Assembly: GCA_051294375.1 (NCBI GenBank)
Contig: CM119270.1
Location: 20,165,802 to 20,229,801 of the forward strand
Source of the DNA: Paraspadella gotoi
Taxonomy: Eukaryota > Animalia > Chaetognatha
Reading direction: 5' to 3'
Length of the DNA stretch: 64,000 nt
Under the pieces are notes generated by a model. The model searched no databases and had not been told where the DNA came from. It was given only the letters and a program-made list of their open reading frames with translations. A program made the translations under genes and the position numbers. Positions 1-56,404 of this stretch are shown here, one piece after another (the stretch's first letter is position 1; the number at the start of each line of letters is the position of its first letter).

Positions 1-1323
1 GGAATTTCGATCGCGCTTACCTCCATTGCTTCCCAAGACGCCAATCTTTCGAACATCTGCCCATATGACATAATTTGTTTTGGCCTGACTATGCAAGTTT
101 TTGAATAGAAGTAAATATAAAGAATCTTGATCGAGCTTTCGATTCGAAGCGATGCTCATCTCTATCCATTTAGTAATAAAGACGCGATTCCACTTTGACA
201 TTATTAACGTATATAACAAACATAAGGACAAACGTGAATAAGCGAAGACAAACATGAATAGACGCGGACAAACGCTTTAAATCTAAAGAGATTTAAGTAT
301 TAATTTCACAAATAATTTTCAAATATTCAACAAAATATACCTCCTGGTTGCATCATATAATCAGAAAAACCTTAGTTTCAATAAGGTTTAATTCTCTTAA
401 ATACTACTTTTGACCAATAAGAAGCTAGAATTGAGGTTGGAAAAATAAGGAAACTTTAAACCAATAGGAAAGCAGGAATTATTAAATCACGATTCTGACT
501 CTAATTATAGGTTCGTTTCCTCGTTCGAACGGACAGAGTTAAACTCAGATAAAATCATTAAATATCTCTAACAATTTGTNNNNNNNNNNNNNNNNNNNNN
601 NNNNTGTCTGCTTGTGGTAAAAGTTACGACTTTGGCAGCAAAGAGGTTTTTCTTACCGGGGACGTTTTGGAAAACCTTATAATGCCTCTTCTGATTGCTT
701 AGGGAAGGTCGTCGCTATGAAGGGTAGATTTTTTAAAAAATTGTGTTGTCCTGAACAATTTTTTACAAATATTACATACTTTTATACTATTATAAATGAT
801 ATTGTCCCATATAATTATATTTCTAATATTTTCTGAAAAGAGCTGTACGTCAAAATATCAAACATTGAAGTAGCTTTGTTTTAACGTATGTCTGAATAAA
901 ATAAACATTACCCTATGGCAGACTTAAGATTGTCAATGAAAACGTTTGTCAATTTCTAATATTTTTTTTATCGCAACTGCTTCATGTTACGCATTGCATA
1001 TAACATTCACATACTACATCTAGTAAAAAAAAAGAACTCAACCAAAGAAACCTATTTTTTTTACTAGAACATTGTTGATGAATTATCATTTCTTTTATGT
1101 TTTTTTCACGTTTTTAATCTTGGTTGAAACGCAGTGATGGCCGAGGAATTATCTTTGTTTATATTAAATTAACTAAATTCAAAGCCTAAATATTCTTTTT
1201 AAATAACTTGTTGTTTCAGCATTATATTAAATCAATATAAACTAAATCCAAACCTTAAATAACATTTTTATTAAATGTTTTAAAGTTTTAAAAGAGCTAC
1301 TAACTAATCTTGCGTTCATTCAG

Positions 1324-44668
<43,345 letters not shown>

Positions 44669-44941
44669 CAGCGACAAGCGTCCTCTTCGTGAGCCCCCTA
44701 CCCGACCAGAGACAAGCGGTCATCCATGCCTCGGCTCAAAAAAACCATGTCGTCAACCGGCGTAGGAAGCGTGCGTTCGTGGTTGCCACGGTGATGGACG
44801 AGAGGGTTTTTTTTCAGTCAAAAACAACCGTCGTGATTCTAATTCGACCCAAAATAATTATGAAAGTTTCGATATCTGAAGCCAAAACCGCCGACGTCCC
44901 CTTCCTTCCTTTGCCTCCTTTATTTTCGTGCGGGAGTTAAG

Positions 44942-44947
44942 AATAAA
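44942..44947 (+). terminator. Candidate polyadenylation signal of the copine gene
   Basis: First AATAAA I found after the stop, about 275 nt downstream. Confidence 0.4.
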
Positions 44948-44950
44948 GGA

Positions 44951-45208
44951 GTGGTAACCGCGCACGCGATGCCATTTTTGATGTAGTGGCAACCGCGCAC
45001 GCGATGCCATTTTTGATGTAGTGGCAACCGCGCACGCGATGCCGTTTTTGACGTCGTGGCAACCACGCATGCGATGCCATTTTTGACATAGTGGCAACAG
45101 CGAAGGTGATGCTATTTTTGATGGAGTGGCAAGCGCATACGCAATGCCATTTTTAGTGAGTGAGTGGCATCCGTAAATGCGATTCTAATTTTGATGGAGT
45201 GGCAACCC
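44951..45208. repeat. 35-bp minisatellite, about 7 copies, directly after the copine AATAAA
   Basis: Unit GTGGCAACCGCGCACGCGATGCCATTTTTGATGTA; starts at 44951, 44986 and 45021; degenerates distally. Confidence 0.9.
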
Positions 45209-46764
45209 CGAGCGTGTCGTCCGTGGCTGTGATGCGCAACTGTTCCCACGAATTTTTTTTTGCTTGATTCGAATTTTCCAAAACTTTTTTTTTGTACATC
45301 GTTTTGTGAAAGATAGAAAAAAAAGCTGTAGTTTTTTCAAAAGAATTAATATCTAACTTAGTTTCTTTTTCCTTTCACAAAAAAAAAATATAAAATTTAA
45401 ATTTTTGTACAACAATTTTTGTATTTTTTTGGCTTCCAAACGAAATTTAACTATTTTCCCCTCATCTTTGTCGATTCTCTCCGCAAGTATTTTTTTTGGC
45501 ACTATTTTCCGAGAGCGCCTCATTTAAATACCTATAGTGTGCGGAAGCAAAACTTATAATTCTATTTAAATGGCAAGATATTTGTAAATACTCTAAAAAA
45601 AATATCGTAAAAGAGCTCAAATGAAAGCTAATGAAAACATTATCTTTTATGTCAAAAAGATTGGGCTAATGTCAAGAGATAATATAAAAATTGGTCAGTA
45701 TAATTGTATTATGATAAATAAAATAAGGGCTGAAGCCAATTGTTATAAAATTAGGTGTCATTTAAGGCCTTGGGTAGAGATTAACCCAAGCTCAAAAAAT
45801 GATATACTACCTCATACTGTAATGCAGCTACAGTATTTTAGTAATGAGTAAGATTTTTATTTGAAGTCATTTGACTTTTCACCCTTATCCTGTTCAAATT
45901 TCAGACTTTTTATTAGCTCAATGTAGGGCGTTTTAAAGCAGAGTTCCCCCAGGTCCTAAAACCCAAGTTTGGAAGTTTTCCAATAAACCATAGTTAAGTT
46001 GTGAACGAAAATTTGTGAAGACTTTTTCACAAAGATGTACGCACTTTCCCTCTTTATAGAAAGGCCGTAAAAGCTCAGAATGCAGTGTACGTCGAGACTA
46101 AGACTTTTCTACGTTTGGTTTATATTACATATAAATTGTATTGATATCCTTCAAACGGTTCAAGACATATGCGTTTATTTGTAAAGATAATAATTTTTTT
46201 ATAAATTTTGCTTCTGAACCCTGTAATGTTTAAACTTAATTTTAATATGAATATTACATGAGTTAAATCCAATCGCTAACCCTCATTCCTAACCACAACA
46301 CTAACCTCTTACCTAATCCCTAACCCTAATATCTAATTTACTCCCTGTCCCTAACCTAAATAATAAACTAAATTCTGAATTAACGTTGAAATCGGGCGAT
46401 TTCGGAAAAAAAGGCCACATTTTGTTAACATTAATTTCCAAAGTATTATAAAACCGAACAATGCCCTCGAATTTAGTCTTGATTTTTTTTTTTTGTTATT
46501 GTCACGGAGTTTTTGAAATCGGTCGACGCTTGCTATTTTGTTTTTCTTTATTCCTCTCAACACGTCTTTTGTCTTTCAATGAAACTTATTTACTACGTGT
46601 TCGACTCTCGTCAAAAAAAAAAATAAAGTATTCCGCAACTTTTACAATTGCTCTGAAAATGAGTTCGTTTCTTGTATACAATGGTTCACTTTGAATTCAC
46701 GCGTGTGCTGCGCTCTCTCTCTCTCTCTCTCTGCTCCTTCTCTTCTCTCATCTCTCTCTCTCTG

Positions 46765-46795
<31 letters not shown>

Positions 46796-48439
46796 TCTCT
46801 CTCGTCTCTCATACATCTCTCTCTCCGCCCCGGCTTTTTCGTAGTGTTCACACTTTTTTACCTTTTCCTGGAATGGTTGAAACGTTATTGTCGCTTGACT
46901 TTCTTGCCTCCTCCTCCTCCTCCTCCTCGCTCCTCTTCCTCCTCCTCCTCCTCCTCCCAATGTGCCTCAATTGCTATTCACCTTTGTGAAAGTCGCCAAA
47001 TCCCTTCCTCTTCATCCTCGAGCTTTTTTATTTTTCGTGGTTAATTAATATTAATGTTTTCACCTGTTTTCACTCAATTATTAATATTGAAATACAAAGT
47101 ATTTAATCGCTCCAAACTTTTTTTTTNNNNNNNNNNNNNNNNNNNNNNNNNNNNNNNNNNNNNNNNNNNNNNNNNNNNNNNNNNNNNNNNNNNNNNNNNN
47201 NNNNNNNNNNNNNNNNNNNNNNNNNNNNNNNNNNNNNNNNNNNNNNNNNNNNNNNNNNNNNNNNNNNNNNNNNNNNNNNNNNNNNNNNNNNNNNNNNNNN
47301 NNNNNNNNNNNNNNNNNNNNNNNNNNNNNNNNNNNNNNNNNNNNNNNNNNNNNNNNNNNNNNNNNNNNNNNNNNNNNNNNNNNNNNNNNNNNNNNNNNNN
47401 NNNNNNNNNNNNNNAAAAAAAAAAAAAGATGAAAAACGAAAATACCCCAAAAAAATTGAAGTAAAAAAATGTTTAAATTTGTAAAACAAGACAAAAATTA
47501 TTTAAGAAACAAGATTAGGAAAAAAAAAGTTATAGCAGCAAAAAATACTTTTGCCAAAATTCCAAATTAATTATAAAAATCTCCTGAAAGAATAAAGCGT
47601 CGTCGTCGTCGTCGTCGTTCTCATCGTCATCGTCGTTCTCATCGTCATCGTCGTTCTCATCGTCATCGTCGTCGTCGTCGTCGTCCTCATCGTCGTTCTC
47701 ATCGTCGTCGTCGTCGTTCTCATCGTCGTTCTCATCGTCCTCGTTGTCGTCGTTCTCATCGTCGCGGTCATTTCCTTTCTTTTTTTATTTTCCTTCTCTT
47801 TTTTACGGCGTCAATTTCCATCGCTTTATGTTCCGCCGACGAAAATGACGACGACAATTTTAAAGAAGACCACGACAACGATGACGATGATGACTACGAT
47901 GAAAGAACGATGACAACGACGACCATGATGATGATGATGACGACGATGAAAGAACGGCGATGATGACGCCACTTAAAAAACGACTTTCTAAGACGACGAC
48001 AATGATGATGATGATGACGACAACGCCTTCAAAGATGATGACGACATTGATGACAACGATGACAATGATGACGCTAATCTTGGGGTCGATGACGACAACG
48101 AAGGCTGACATTAAACATGTTGACGATGATGACGACGACGATGATGACGACGACGATGATGACGACGACGATGATGACGACTTGGACAGCGAACGCGCTT
48201 CCCTATTTCTCTTTTTCATTTCTCTCTCCTTTGACGGTTCTTTGCTTCCACCGCAATTGTTGTTTCCACAGCAAAAAAAAAAAAAAGGATTCCATCTTCC
48301 AAAGAATGGAAGCTAATCAGGAGAATGGGATAACGGAGAATATTGTGAGGAGAACGGAGACGAGCGGGTTGAAAGATCGAAAATAGCCTTAGTGATAATC
48401 TATGAATGAAAAAATGCAGAAAGGCAAACAAAAATGTCG

Positions 48440-48572
48440 TTAGAAGAACGGAAAACGGGGTCAAAAGAACGAGAATGTCGTTAGGAGAACGGAACGGTGT
48501 TAGGAGAACGAGAATGTCGTTAGGAGAACGAAAACGGCGTCAGGAGAGCTATAACGCCCTGAGGAGAACGAA
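48440..48572. repeat. ~20-bp degenerate tandem repeat (GTCGTTAGGAGAACGAGAAT)
   Basis: Direct reading. Confidence 0.7.
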
Positions 48573-51500
48573 AAAAACGTATTTAAGAGAAGTACGTTAT
48601 TGCGGTAGTGAGATACCGATTCACAATGAGACAATTTGTATTCACAAGTCGGTGGGTGGTCTACATATTTACCTGTGTGGGTACTGGGTAATCATCCCCT
48701 GTAGTGCGTTTCAATGTGTAAACATCATTATATATAATATTTGCTTTTCCATCGTTGATATTGACAAAGAAAATAATTTTTTTCAGGGCGCAGAATAATT
48801 CATCGACCGGAAAATAAATTTCATTTGTTTGTTTATTATTGACTTGGTTTATTTTTTATCACAACGACAGCAACTGGAGATATGTCATCTCCCAAATCCT
48901 CCGCCCCGCGGGGTGGCTCTAGGGGCGGCCCCAGGGGGCAGACTATTCCAGGGGGAGCAGCAAAATGGTCATTGAGGGGGCGCCCCTAATAGACCCTAAT
49001 AGACCCCCTGGGGCCAAAAAAAGTCTGCCCCTGGGGGTAACCCCTTGGGGAGCAAAAAAGTGCTCCCCCTGGGGCGAGTTAAGGAGAGAGCAAAGTTTAG
49101 ATAAAAAAATATACTTTCTGACAATGTTATTGTATCTGAGAATCTCTCCCTGTCTGTTACTCTCTCTTTCTCTCTTTCTCTTTCTCTCTCACTTTCTCTC
49201 TCTCTCACTTTCTCTTTCTCTCTCTCTCTTTTTCTTTTTTTTTCTTTTTCTTTCTTTCTTTTTTTTCTCTCTTTCTTTCTCTCTCTCTCTATCTTTTCAA
49301 GACTTTGTTATGTAACTCGTTGTTATTCCATTTTTATCTAAAAATTATAATATTTGTATTGATATTACTTAATTTATTTTATTTCAATTAAAAGAAATTA
49401 GAAACGATAGTTTGAGCAATGACATGTTATGACGTGGCCACAATTTTTTAGTGTAAGTAAGCTAATCAGTATCTGTCCTTTTTTTTCTTTTCCTTTTTTT
49501 GTTGTCCTTTTTTTCTGTTTTATCACTTGGGCATGGACATACTGATGGACTGATATGAGATGAAACATAATGTTGATTAAAAAATATTCATAATTTGATG
49601 TCTCAAAAAAGAAATTAAATTATGAATTCCATAAATAAACAAATAATAGCAGTAATCGGAGCAGATCTACTTAGTGGAATTATGGAGTCCCCCCCCATAT
49701 AATAAAATATTCATCAAGATTTTAATTCTATCAACATTAAATGAGTTTCCTAACATGCGTGAAATAAATTTTTTTCTGAGTTAAGAATTTTGTAATTAAG
49801 AAATGTCAGTTATAGATTCGCCTCGTGATGAACTCTACCGTGTTGAGGAAGAGGCGATGGTTTGGAGAGATAGAGATGAGGCAAAAACTTTATTATTAGC
49901 TCAATTCACAGAGGTCTATGATCTTTTTCTACCCACAACAAGATTTCATTCACCAATCGCATATATCCTAATCTCACGAATAATTTGGAGTAATGCTAAT
50001 GTGGGAGACAGAACTTTAAAGATCTGATATTTAATAATTAAATTAATTATATTAATTAGATTTTATTTTAAAGTGAATTTTAAAAAACCAGTCCTACTCT
50101 TTATTCTACTATTTTAAAATTTCATAGTGAATTAGATAAAATTTGTGTATTTTGGTAAAGAAAGGGTGCAAGGAAATGAGGTTTTTAATTGGAAATAAAA
50201 ATCATATTTTAATTGAATTTTAGTTAAAAAATTTTTCACTCTTTTTATCTTTCTATTTCTCACAGATGACATTAATATTAGGCTTAATTGTTAAGTTTGA
50301 TGTTTGATCACAATTATGCAAGTTGACCAAATTAATCCAAGTGTTTTTAAATATATGCAAGCTTACACAAATTATGCAATGTTTACAAATAATGCAAGTT
50401 TTATCAAATTCTAAAAGTTGACGCAAATATTATATCAGTTGACCATTATGTCATTTGACTAAAATTATGGCAAGTTTAACCAAATTAAATGCATATTTTT
50501 GGTGTGGCGCAGCTTTGCCTCATTTGATTGTAAATTGAAGTGAGGATGATATTTTATTTATTAGTAATTAATAAAAGGATGAAAAAAAGAAAGAGATAGA
50601 GAAAGAGCAGAGAGAGGAGGAGAGAAAAGAGAAGGATGAGGGGAGAAGAGAAATAAAGGGAGATGAGAGGTGCCGTTCCACGGCCGGCAAAATCTACCCC
50701 CTGGGGGTTGGCTCCGCAGGGGAAAGGTTTTATTCTAGCCCCTGGGGATTTCCCCTGGAGTGGCCCTTGGGGGCCCAAAGAAAAAGAGGCTACAAGGGCG
50801 GCCGCCCCTAAGGCAGTAAGGATTTCTGCTTGCCCCCCGCGGCCGCCGCCCCGCGGGGCCACCCGCGGAAGCCCGCCCCTAGCGCGCCCCCTGGGGAGGC
50901 CCGATTCTTGAAGATTGATCCCACCCTATCTTGGTTGATATCCCTTTGCGCCCCAGCAGTGGGAGAAACGTTCTACTGGCTTTGGGGGGAAGAATTAATC
51001 TGGAATAATGGATCAATGGATTCACTTCTTTCACAAGATCCACCAATGAGAGACTATCAATTTCTGAGACATCCTTTTTCTCAACCAATGAGAGACTTTA
51101 AAGTTTCAACTTTCTCGTCCAACCACCGACCATCAGCAATTGCACTTTTTTATAATCTCTCTCCCCCTGAGTTATTATATGTCGCATTGTCTCTGTCTCT
51201 CTCTCTCTCTCTCCTCTCTCAGCTTTTTGTAGAGAAATCTTCAGACAATCGAATTACATCGGGATCGCAACACCAGGAAAAAGAGAGAGAGNNNNNNNNN
51301 NAGAGAGAGAGACTAGTACTAGTAGCTAATAGAATTAATCTGCTTTCTATATTCATTTTTTAACCTTTTGTTTTCTCCAATTTTCGATCCTCCGTTGCTC
51401 TTCTGTCTTCCGCGCGTCGTTCTTCGACTTACGTCGACGCCTCTAGCGGCGAGAACCGAAATAAAAAATCTTCTCGGGTTTCGGATCTTCGATGTTTTGA

Positions 51501-52184
51501 CTCCGAAATCTCGGGAGAATTTTGGGTTGTGACTTTTGTTTTGGTGATTGAGACGAGATGACGTTGGTGGCGGTGGACGACGACGATGACGACGACGACG
51601 ATGGTCAAGATGATGATGACGACGACGACGACATAGACGAATTTCATCATCTCGTTGACGCGTTAACAGAAGACTCAGTGTTTTCTTTTCTCCTCTTTTC
51701 TTTTCGTTTTTTTCCTTTTTTTTATTTATTTTCTTTTCTTTCCTTTCTTTCCTTTTCTTTTTTTTAATTTTCTTTTTTCGTTCTTTTCTTGTTTTTCTTT
51801 TCTTTTCTTTTTCTTTCTTTTCTTTTCTTTTCTTTAATTTTCTTTTTCTTTCTTTTCTTTACTTTAATTTTCTTGTTTTTTTCTTTTCTTTTCTTTAATT
51901 TTTTTTCCTTCTTTTCTTTTCTTTTCTTTTCTTTTTTTTTCTTTATTAAATTTTTTTCTTTAGTATTTTTTAATGGCTTAAAGTTTAATATGTAATACTT
52001 GTTCTCAATCCATTTTAATTTACATTTAAAATAGTAAAGAAGCCAGAGAGAATAAATAAAACACAATGTTTTATCCAAGAGAAAGAAAGTAGAGATTTTA
52101 TCTTGTATTTCTTTATTATTTTCTTCGCCTCCTCTCTTTCTACCTCTCTCCCCTCTCTCGCTCTTTCTCTCTCTCTCTCCTCTC

Positions 52185-52236
<52 letters not shown>

Positions 52237-52248
52237 CTCTCTCCTCAC

Positions 52249-52297
52249 CGTTTTCTCGCGATTGGTTTCCTCTTCAGTCGCCATTGTTAGAAAATGA
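52249..52297 (-). CDS. Candidate exon of the same gene: (S)HFLTMATEEETNREKT
   Basis: ccgag| acceptor after (CT)n, acaATGG start context at 52284, donor ACG|gtgagg followed by (GA)n. Confidence 0.45.
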
Positions 52298-52539
52298 CTC
52301 GGCACGCGTCAACACAGATGGAGAGAGAGAGATCGCGGAGTGGGGTGCACTATAAGAGCGGGATGGATAGGGGTAGATATATTATATCACAGAGCCTCGC
52401 TACCGAGCCAGAACGACGGGTGTGATGTGGGATTAAGCTCAGGGTGGTTTAAATTAAAGTAGGACGGAGGTAATCAGCTGAACTGTGAACTGTGAACTAT
52501 AAGAGCAGCGAGGGAAAGGTGGGTCAAAATGACTGATTC

Positions 52540-52571
<32 letters not shown>

Positions 52572-52576
52572 CTCTT

Positions 52577-52652
<76 letters not shown>

Positions 52653-52671
52653 GTTCTCTCTCTCTGCTGAC

Positions 52672-52817
52672 CTAACGTGAGCGGAAAACACAAAAAAGAG
52701 TGTCGGGTGTGATTTTCTTTTGCTCAGTGAGCGCATGGTGAGCGTCTCATCCTCGTGAGCTCGTTCGGGTAGGGCGGGTGAGGACTTTGTTCGCTCAGGC
52801 TTCGGTTCACGTCTGAT
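52672..52817 (-). CDS. Candidate exon of an unidentified minus-strand gene: IRREPKPERTKSSPALPERAHEDETLTMRSLSKRKSHPTLFFVFSAHV
   Basis: Acceptor cggag| downstream of a pyrimidine tract, donor AG|gtcagc; open frame; phase 2 matches the next exon. Could be partly UTR. Confidence 0.35.
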
Positions 52818-52854
52818 CTCCGTCCGAACGTGAAGAGAGAACGAAAATCACAGA

Positions 52855-54362
52855 TTAGAAAAAAAGAAAAGAAAGAAAAAGGAAAAGAAAGAAAAAAGAA
52901 AAGAAAGAAAAAAGAAAAAGAAAGAAAAAGGAAAAGAAAGAAAAAAGACAAGAAAGAAAAAAGAAAAGAAAGAAAAAAAGAAAAGAAAGAAAAAAAGAAA
53001 AAAAGAAAAAGAAAAGAAAGAAAAAAGACAAGAAAGAAAAAAGACAAGAAAGAAAAAAGTAAAAGAAAGAAAAAAGGAAAAGAAAAGAAAAAAGAAAAGA
53101 AGAAGAAAAGAAAAGAAAGAAAAAGACAAGAAAGAAAAAAGAAAAGAAAGAAAAAGGAAAAGGAAAAAAAAAGAAAAGTAAAGAAAAAAGAAAAGAAAGA
53201 AAAAAAAAGAAAGAAAAAGAAAAGAAAGAGAAAAAGAAAAGAAAGAAAAAGGGAAAGAAAGAAAAAAGAAAAAAAGAAAAAGAAGAAAAAGAAAAAGAAA
53301 AAGAAAGAAAAAAAAAAGAAAGAAGAAAAAAAAAGAAAAAAGAAAAAAAGACAAAAGAAAAAAGAAAAGAAAGAAAAAGGAAAAGAAAAGGAAAAAGAAG
53401 AAAGAAAAAAAGAAAGAAAGAAAAAAAGAAAAGAAAGAAAAAAGAAAGAAAAAGAGAAAGAAAAGAAAAAGAAAAGAAACGAAAAAAAGAAAGAAAGAAA
53501 AAGAAAAGAAAGAAAAAAGAAAAAGAAAGAAAAAAGAAAAGAAAGAAAAAAGACAAGAAAGAAAAAAGAAAAGAAAGAAAAGAAAGAAAAAAAAGAAAGA
53601 AAGAAAAAAAGAAAAGAAAGAAAAAGAAAAGAAGAAGAAAGAAAGAAAGAAAAAGGAAAAGAAAGAAAAAAGAAAAAAAAAGAAAAAAGAAAAGAAAAAA
53701 AAGAAAAGAAAGAAAAAGGAAAAGAAAGAAAAAGAAAAGAAAAGAAAAAAGACAAGAAAGAAAAAGAAAAGAAAGAAAAAAGGAAAAGAAAGAAAAAAGA
53801 AAAGAAAGAAAAAGAAAAGAAGAAAGAAGAAAAGAAAGAAAAAGAAGAAAGAAAAAAGAAAGAAAGAAAAAAAGAAAAAGAAAGAAAAAGAAAAGAAAGA
53901 AAAAAGAAAGAAAAGAAAAGAAAAAAAAAGGAAAAAAAGAAAAAAAGAAGAAGAAAAGAGAAAAGGAAAAAGAAAGAAAAAAAAAAGAGAAAAAAGAAAG
54001 AAAGAAAAAGAAAAAAGAAAAAAAAGAAAAAAGAAAGAAAGAAAAGAAAGAAGAAAAGAAGAAGAAAAAAAAAGAAGAAAAAGAAAGAAAGAAAAAGAAA
54101 AGAAAAAAGAAAGAAAAGAAAGAAAAGAAAGAGAAAAGAAAGAAAGAAAAAGAAAAAGAAGAAAAAGAAAAAGAAAAAGAAAAGAAAAAAAAAAGAAAGA
54201 AAAAAGAAAAGAAAGAAAAAAAAGAAAGAAAAAGAAAAAAGAAAAAGAGAAAGAAAAAAGAAAAGAAAGAAAAAGAAGAAAGAAAAAGAAAAGAAAGAAA
54301 AAAGGAAAAGAAAGAAAAAAGAAAAGAAAGAAAAAAGAAAAGAATGAAAAAAGAGAAAAAAA
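52855..54362. repeat. ~1.5-kb almost pure A/G low-complexity tract
   Basis: Only a handful of C or T bases in 1.5 kb; it generates the K/R/E-rich and F/S/L-rich ORFs in the track. Confidence 0.95.
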
Positions 54363-54852
54363 CTAGAACCGGCGATTTGAAGGTGTTGCGCCGCAATAAC
54401 TTATTTGATCACGTGATATGATACTTGGATGCCTGTGAAGTCCAGCTGGTTGGTGGATCACTTAACTTAGCAATAGGGTCTTCGGACCCTCAGTAAAGCA
54501 CGCTGCCACTGGCGAGAGTGGACTAGTACTGTCTAGCTAAATATCAGATAATTTTTTCCCGTAATAGCAGACTTTTGGTATCAATTTTTGCTCTACGTTG
54601 TCTCAGAAAAATTCAATAAGTGGCACTACTGACTCTCTCTCTTACTATCTGTATGTTTGTGTATATAAATAAAAATAAACCAATGATCAAATATTCGTTA
54701 TAACGCAGTTTAAAAATATATCCTTCGTAATGGCCGCACATTCCGCGAGAAAAGCCCGCGAATTATGCGACACAATGACTGCAACTTGTGCGAGCAACAT
54801 TGATGGATGCGACAGACGCGACCTTTATAGCTTTTTTCGCTCAATACATTTT

Positions 54853-54969
<117 letters not shown>

Positions 54970-55346
54970 TTTATTTAAATTATTCCGTCCACTCAGGCGG
55001 CGACAGGCGACTCCTGATCTTTTGTTTTTCCTTTGAGATTCGATTCCTGCTTCGTGTTTCCCGGGCGGCGAGAAACGATTAAAAACAAAAGGGAAATGTA
55101 AGATGAGGAATGTTTCAAATATATTTTTTTTTTTGTCCCGTAAATTAATTGTAAATTACGTATTATGGGGGGAGAAGAGGAGAAATACGTAAAAAAAAAA
55201 AAACTAATCAATTAGCATATGTTTTAACTTCGTCCTAAAGATATTCAATGATTTTCTAATCGCGTGTTGAAATGAACTCGTCAGTTTTCCAATAAATCGG
55301 TGGAACCCTTTCAATATTGAAAAAAAATTGACGCCTCGGATCGAAG

Positions 55347-55385
<39 letters not shown>

Positions 55386-55915
55386 CAGTTTTTCATTTAA
55401 GATTTCTTATCGAAAAACAAAACTTACCTTAGTAACGAATAAACTGGTTTATCTAAATTTTGTTCGTTTTTTGGTTTTGTTAAAAATTACAAACGAACGA
55501 AATAAAAAAAGAAAGAAAAAAACACGTCGATGTAATAAACCAATGCCTATCTTTTCGTTCTGCAAATTATAAATATAATTTATTTTCAACTCGCGAAATA
55601 TCTGGACTTTATTGACTTGGGAGGAACTTGTGAGTTGTTTATAACGAAATAAATTATACTTGATATAATCATAATTGAATTTAGATTAAATGCAGAGTGA
55701 AATAATAATGTTTATATCCAAGAGTAGTAAGCAATTTGAACAATCTTATCGTCCATCCTCGTCGATAATGTCCACTGGACACTTGTCCATTGTCCATTGT
55801 CCAGTGCTTGATATCTTTGATATCTTGATTTTGGAATCTATTTATCTGTATTTATAAATTTTCTACAAATAAAAACTAAATCTTTGAAATAAAGAAATCT
55901 GTTGCGGGGATAAAA

Positions 55916-56337
55916 ATGGACATTAAAAGAAGAGAGGAGCTGGCGGCGTCGTCTGCGGCGGCGGAAGCGGCGGATGCGGCGCCTTACGTGCCCGTCTTCC
56001 CGATGCAGCATCCGATCACCAAAAACGAAGGAGACCAAGATGACGGAGGATTCATTCCCGTTTTTGATCCGGAAGGTGAATCAATCAATTAATTATTATT
56101 AATCAATATATCTGATAGGTTTTAGCTTTCTTTGAATGAAATAAGGAATGAATGAATAAATGAAGGAAGGAAAGAAGGAAGGAAGGAAAGAAGGAAGGTA
56201 GTGACAGGGAAGGAAGGAAGGAAGGAAGGAAGGGGAAGGAAGACGAAGGAAGGAAGGAAGGATAAGGAAGCAGGAAGGAATGAATGAATGAATGAATGAA
56301 TGATATGAATGAAGAATGAATGAATGAATGAAATGAA

Positions 56338-56404
<67 letters not shown>

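Noticed and set aside
51429-51650. Minus-strand ORF MMKFVYVVVVVIIILTIVVVV... as a signal-anchor protein
   Set aside because: The hydrophobic run derives from a (GAC/GAT)n microsatellite common throughout the window; no acceptor or partner exon was found despite a nearby donor.
52724-54396. 505-aa K/R/E-rich and 513/343-aa F/S/L-rich ORFs
   Set aside because: A purine-only tract cannot contain stop codons, so several frames are open; there is no sign of codon structure.
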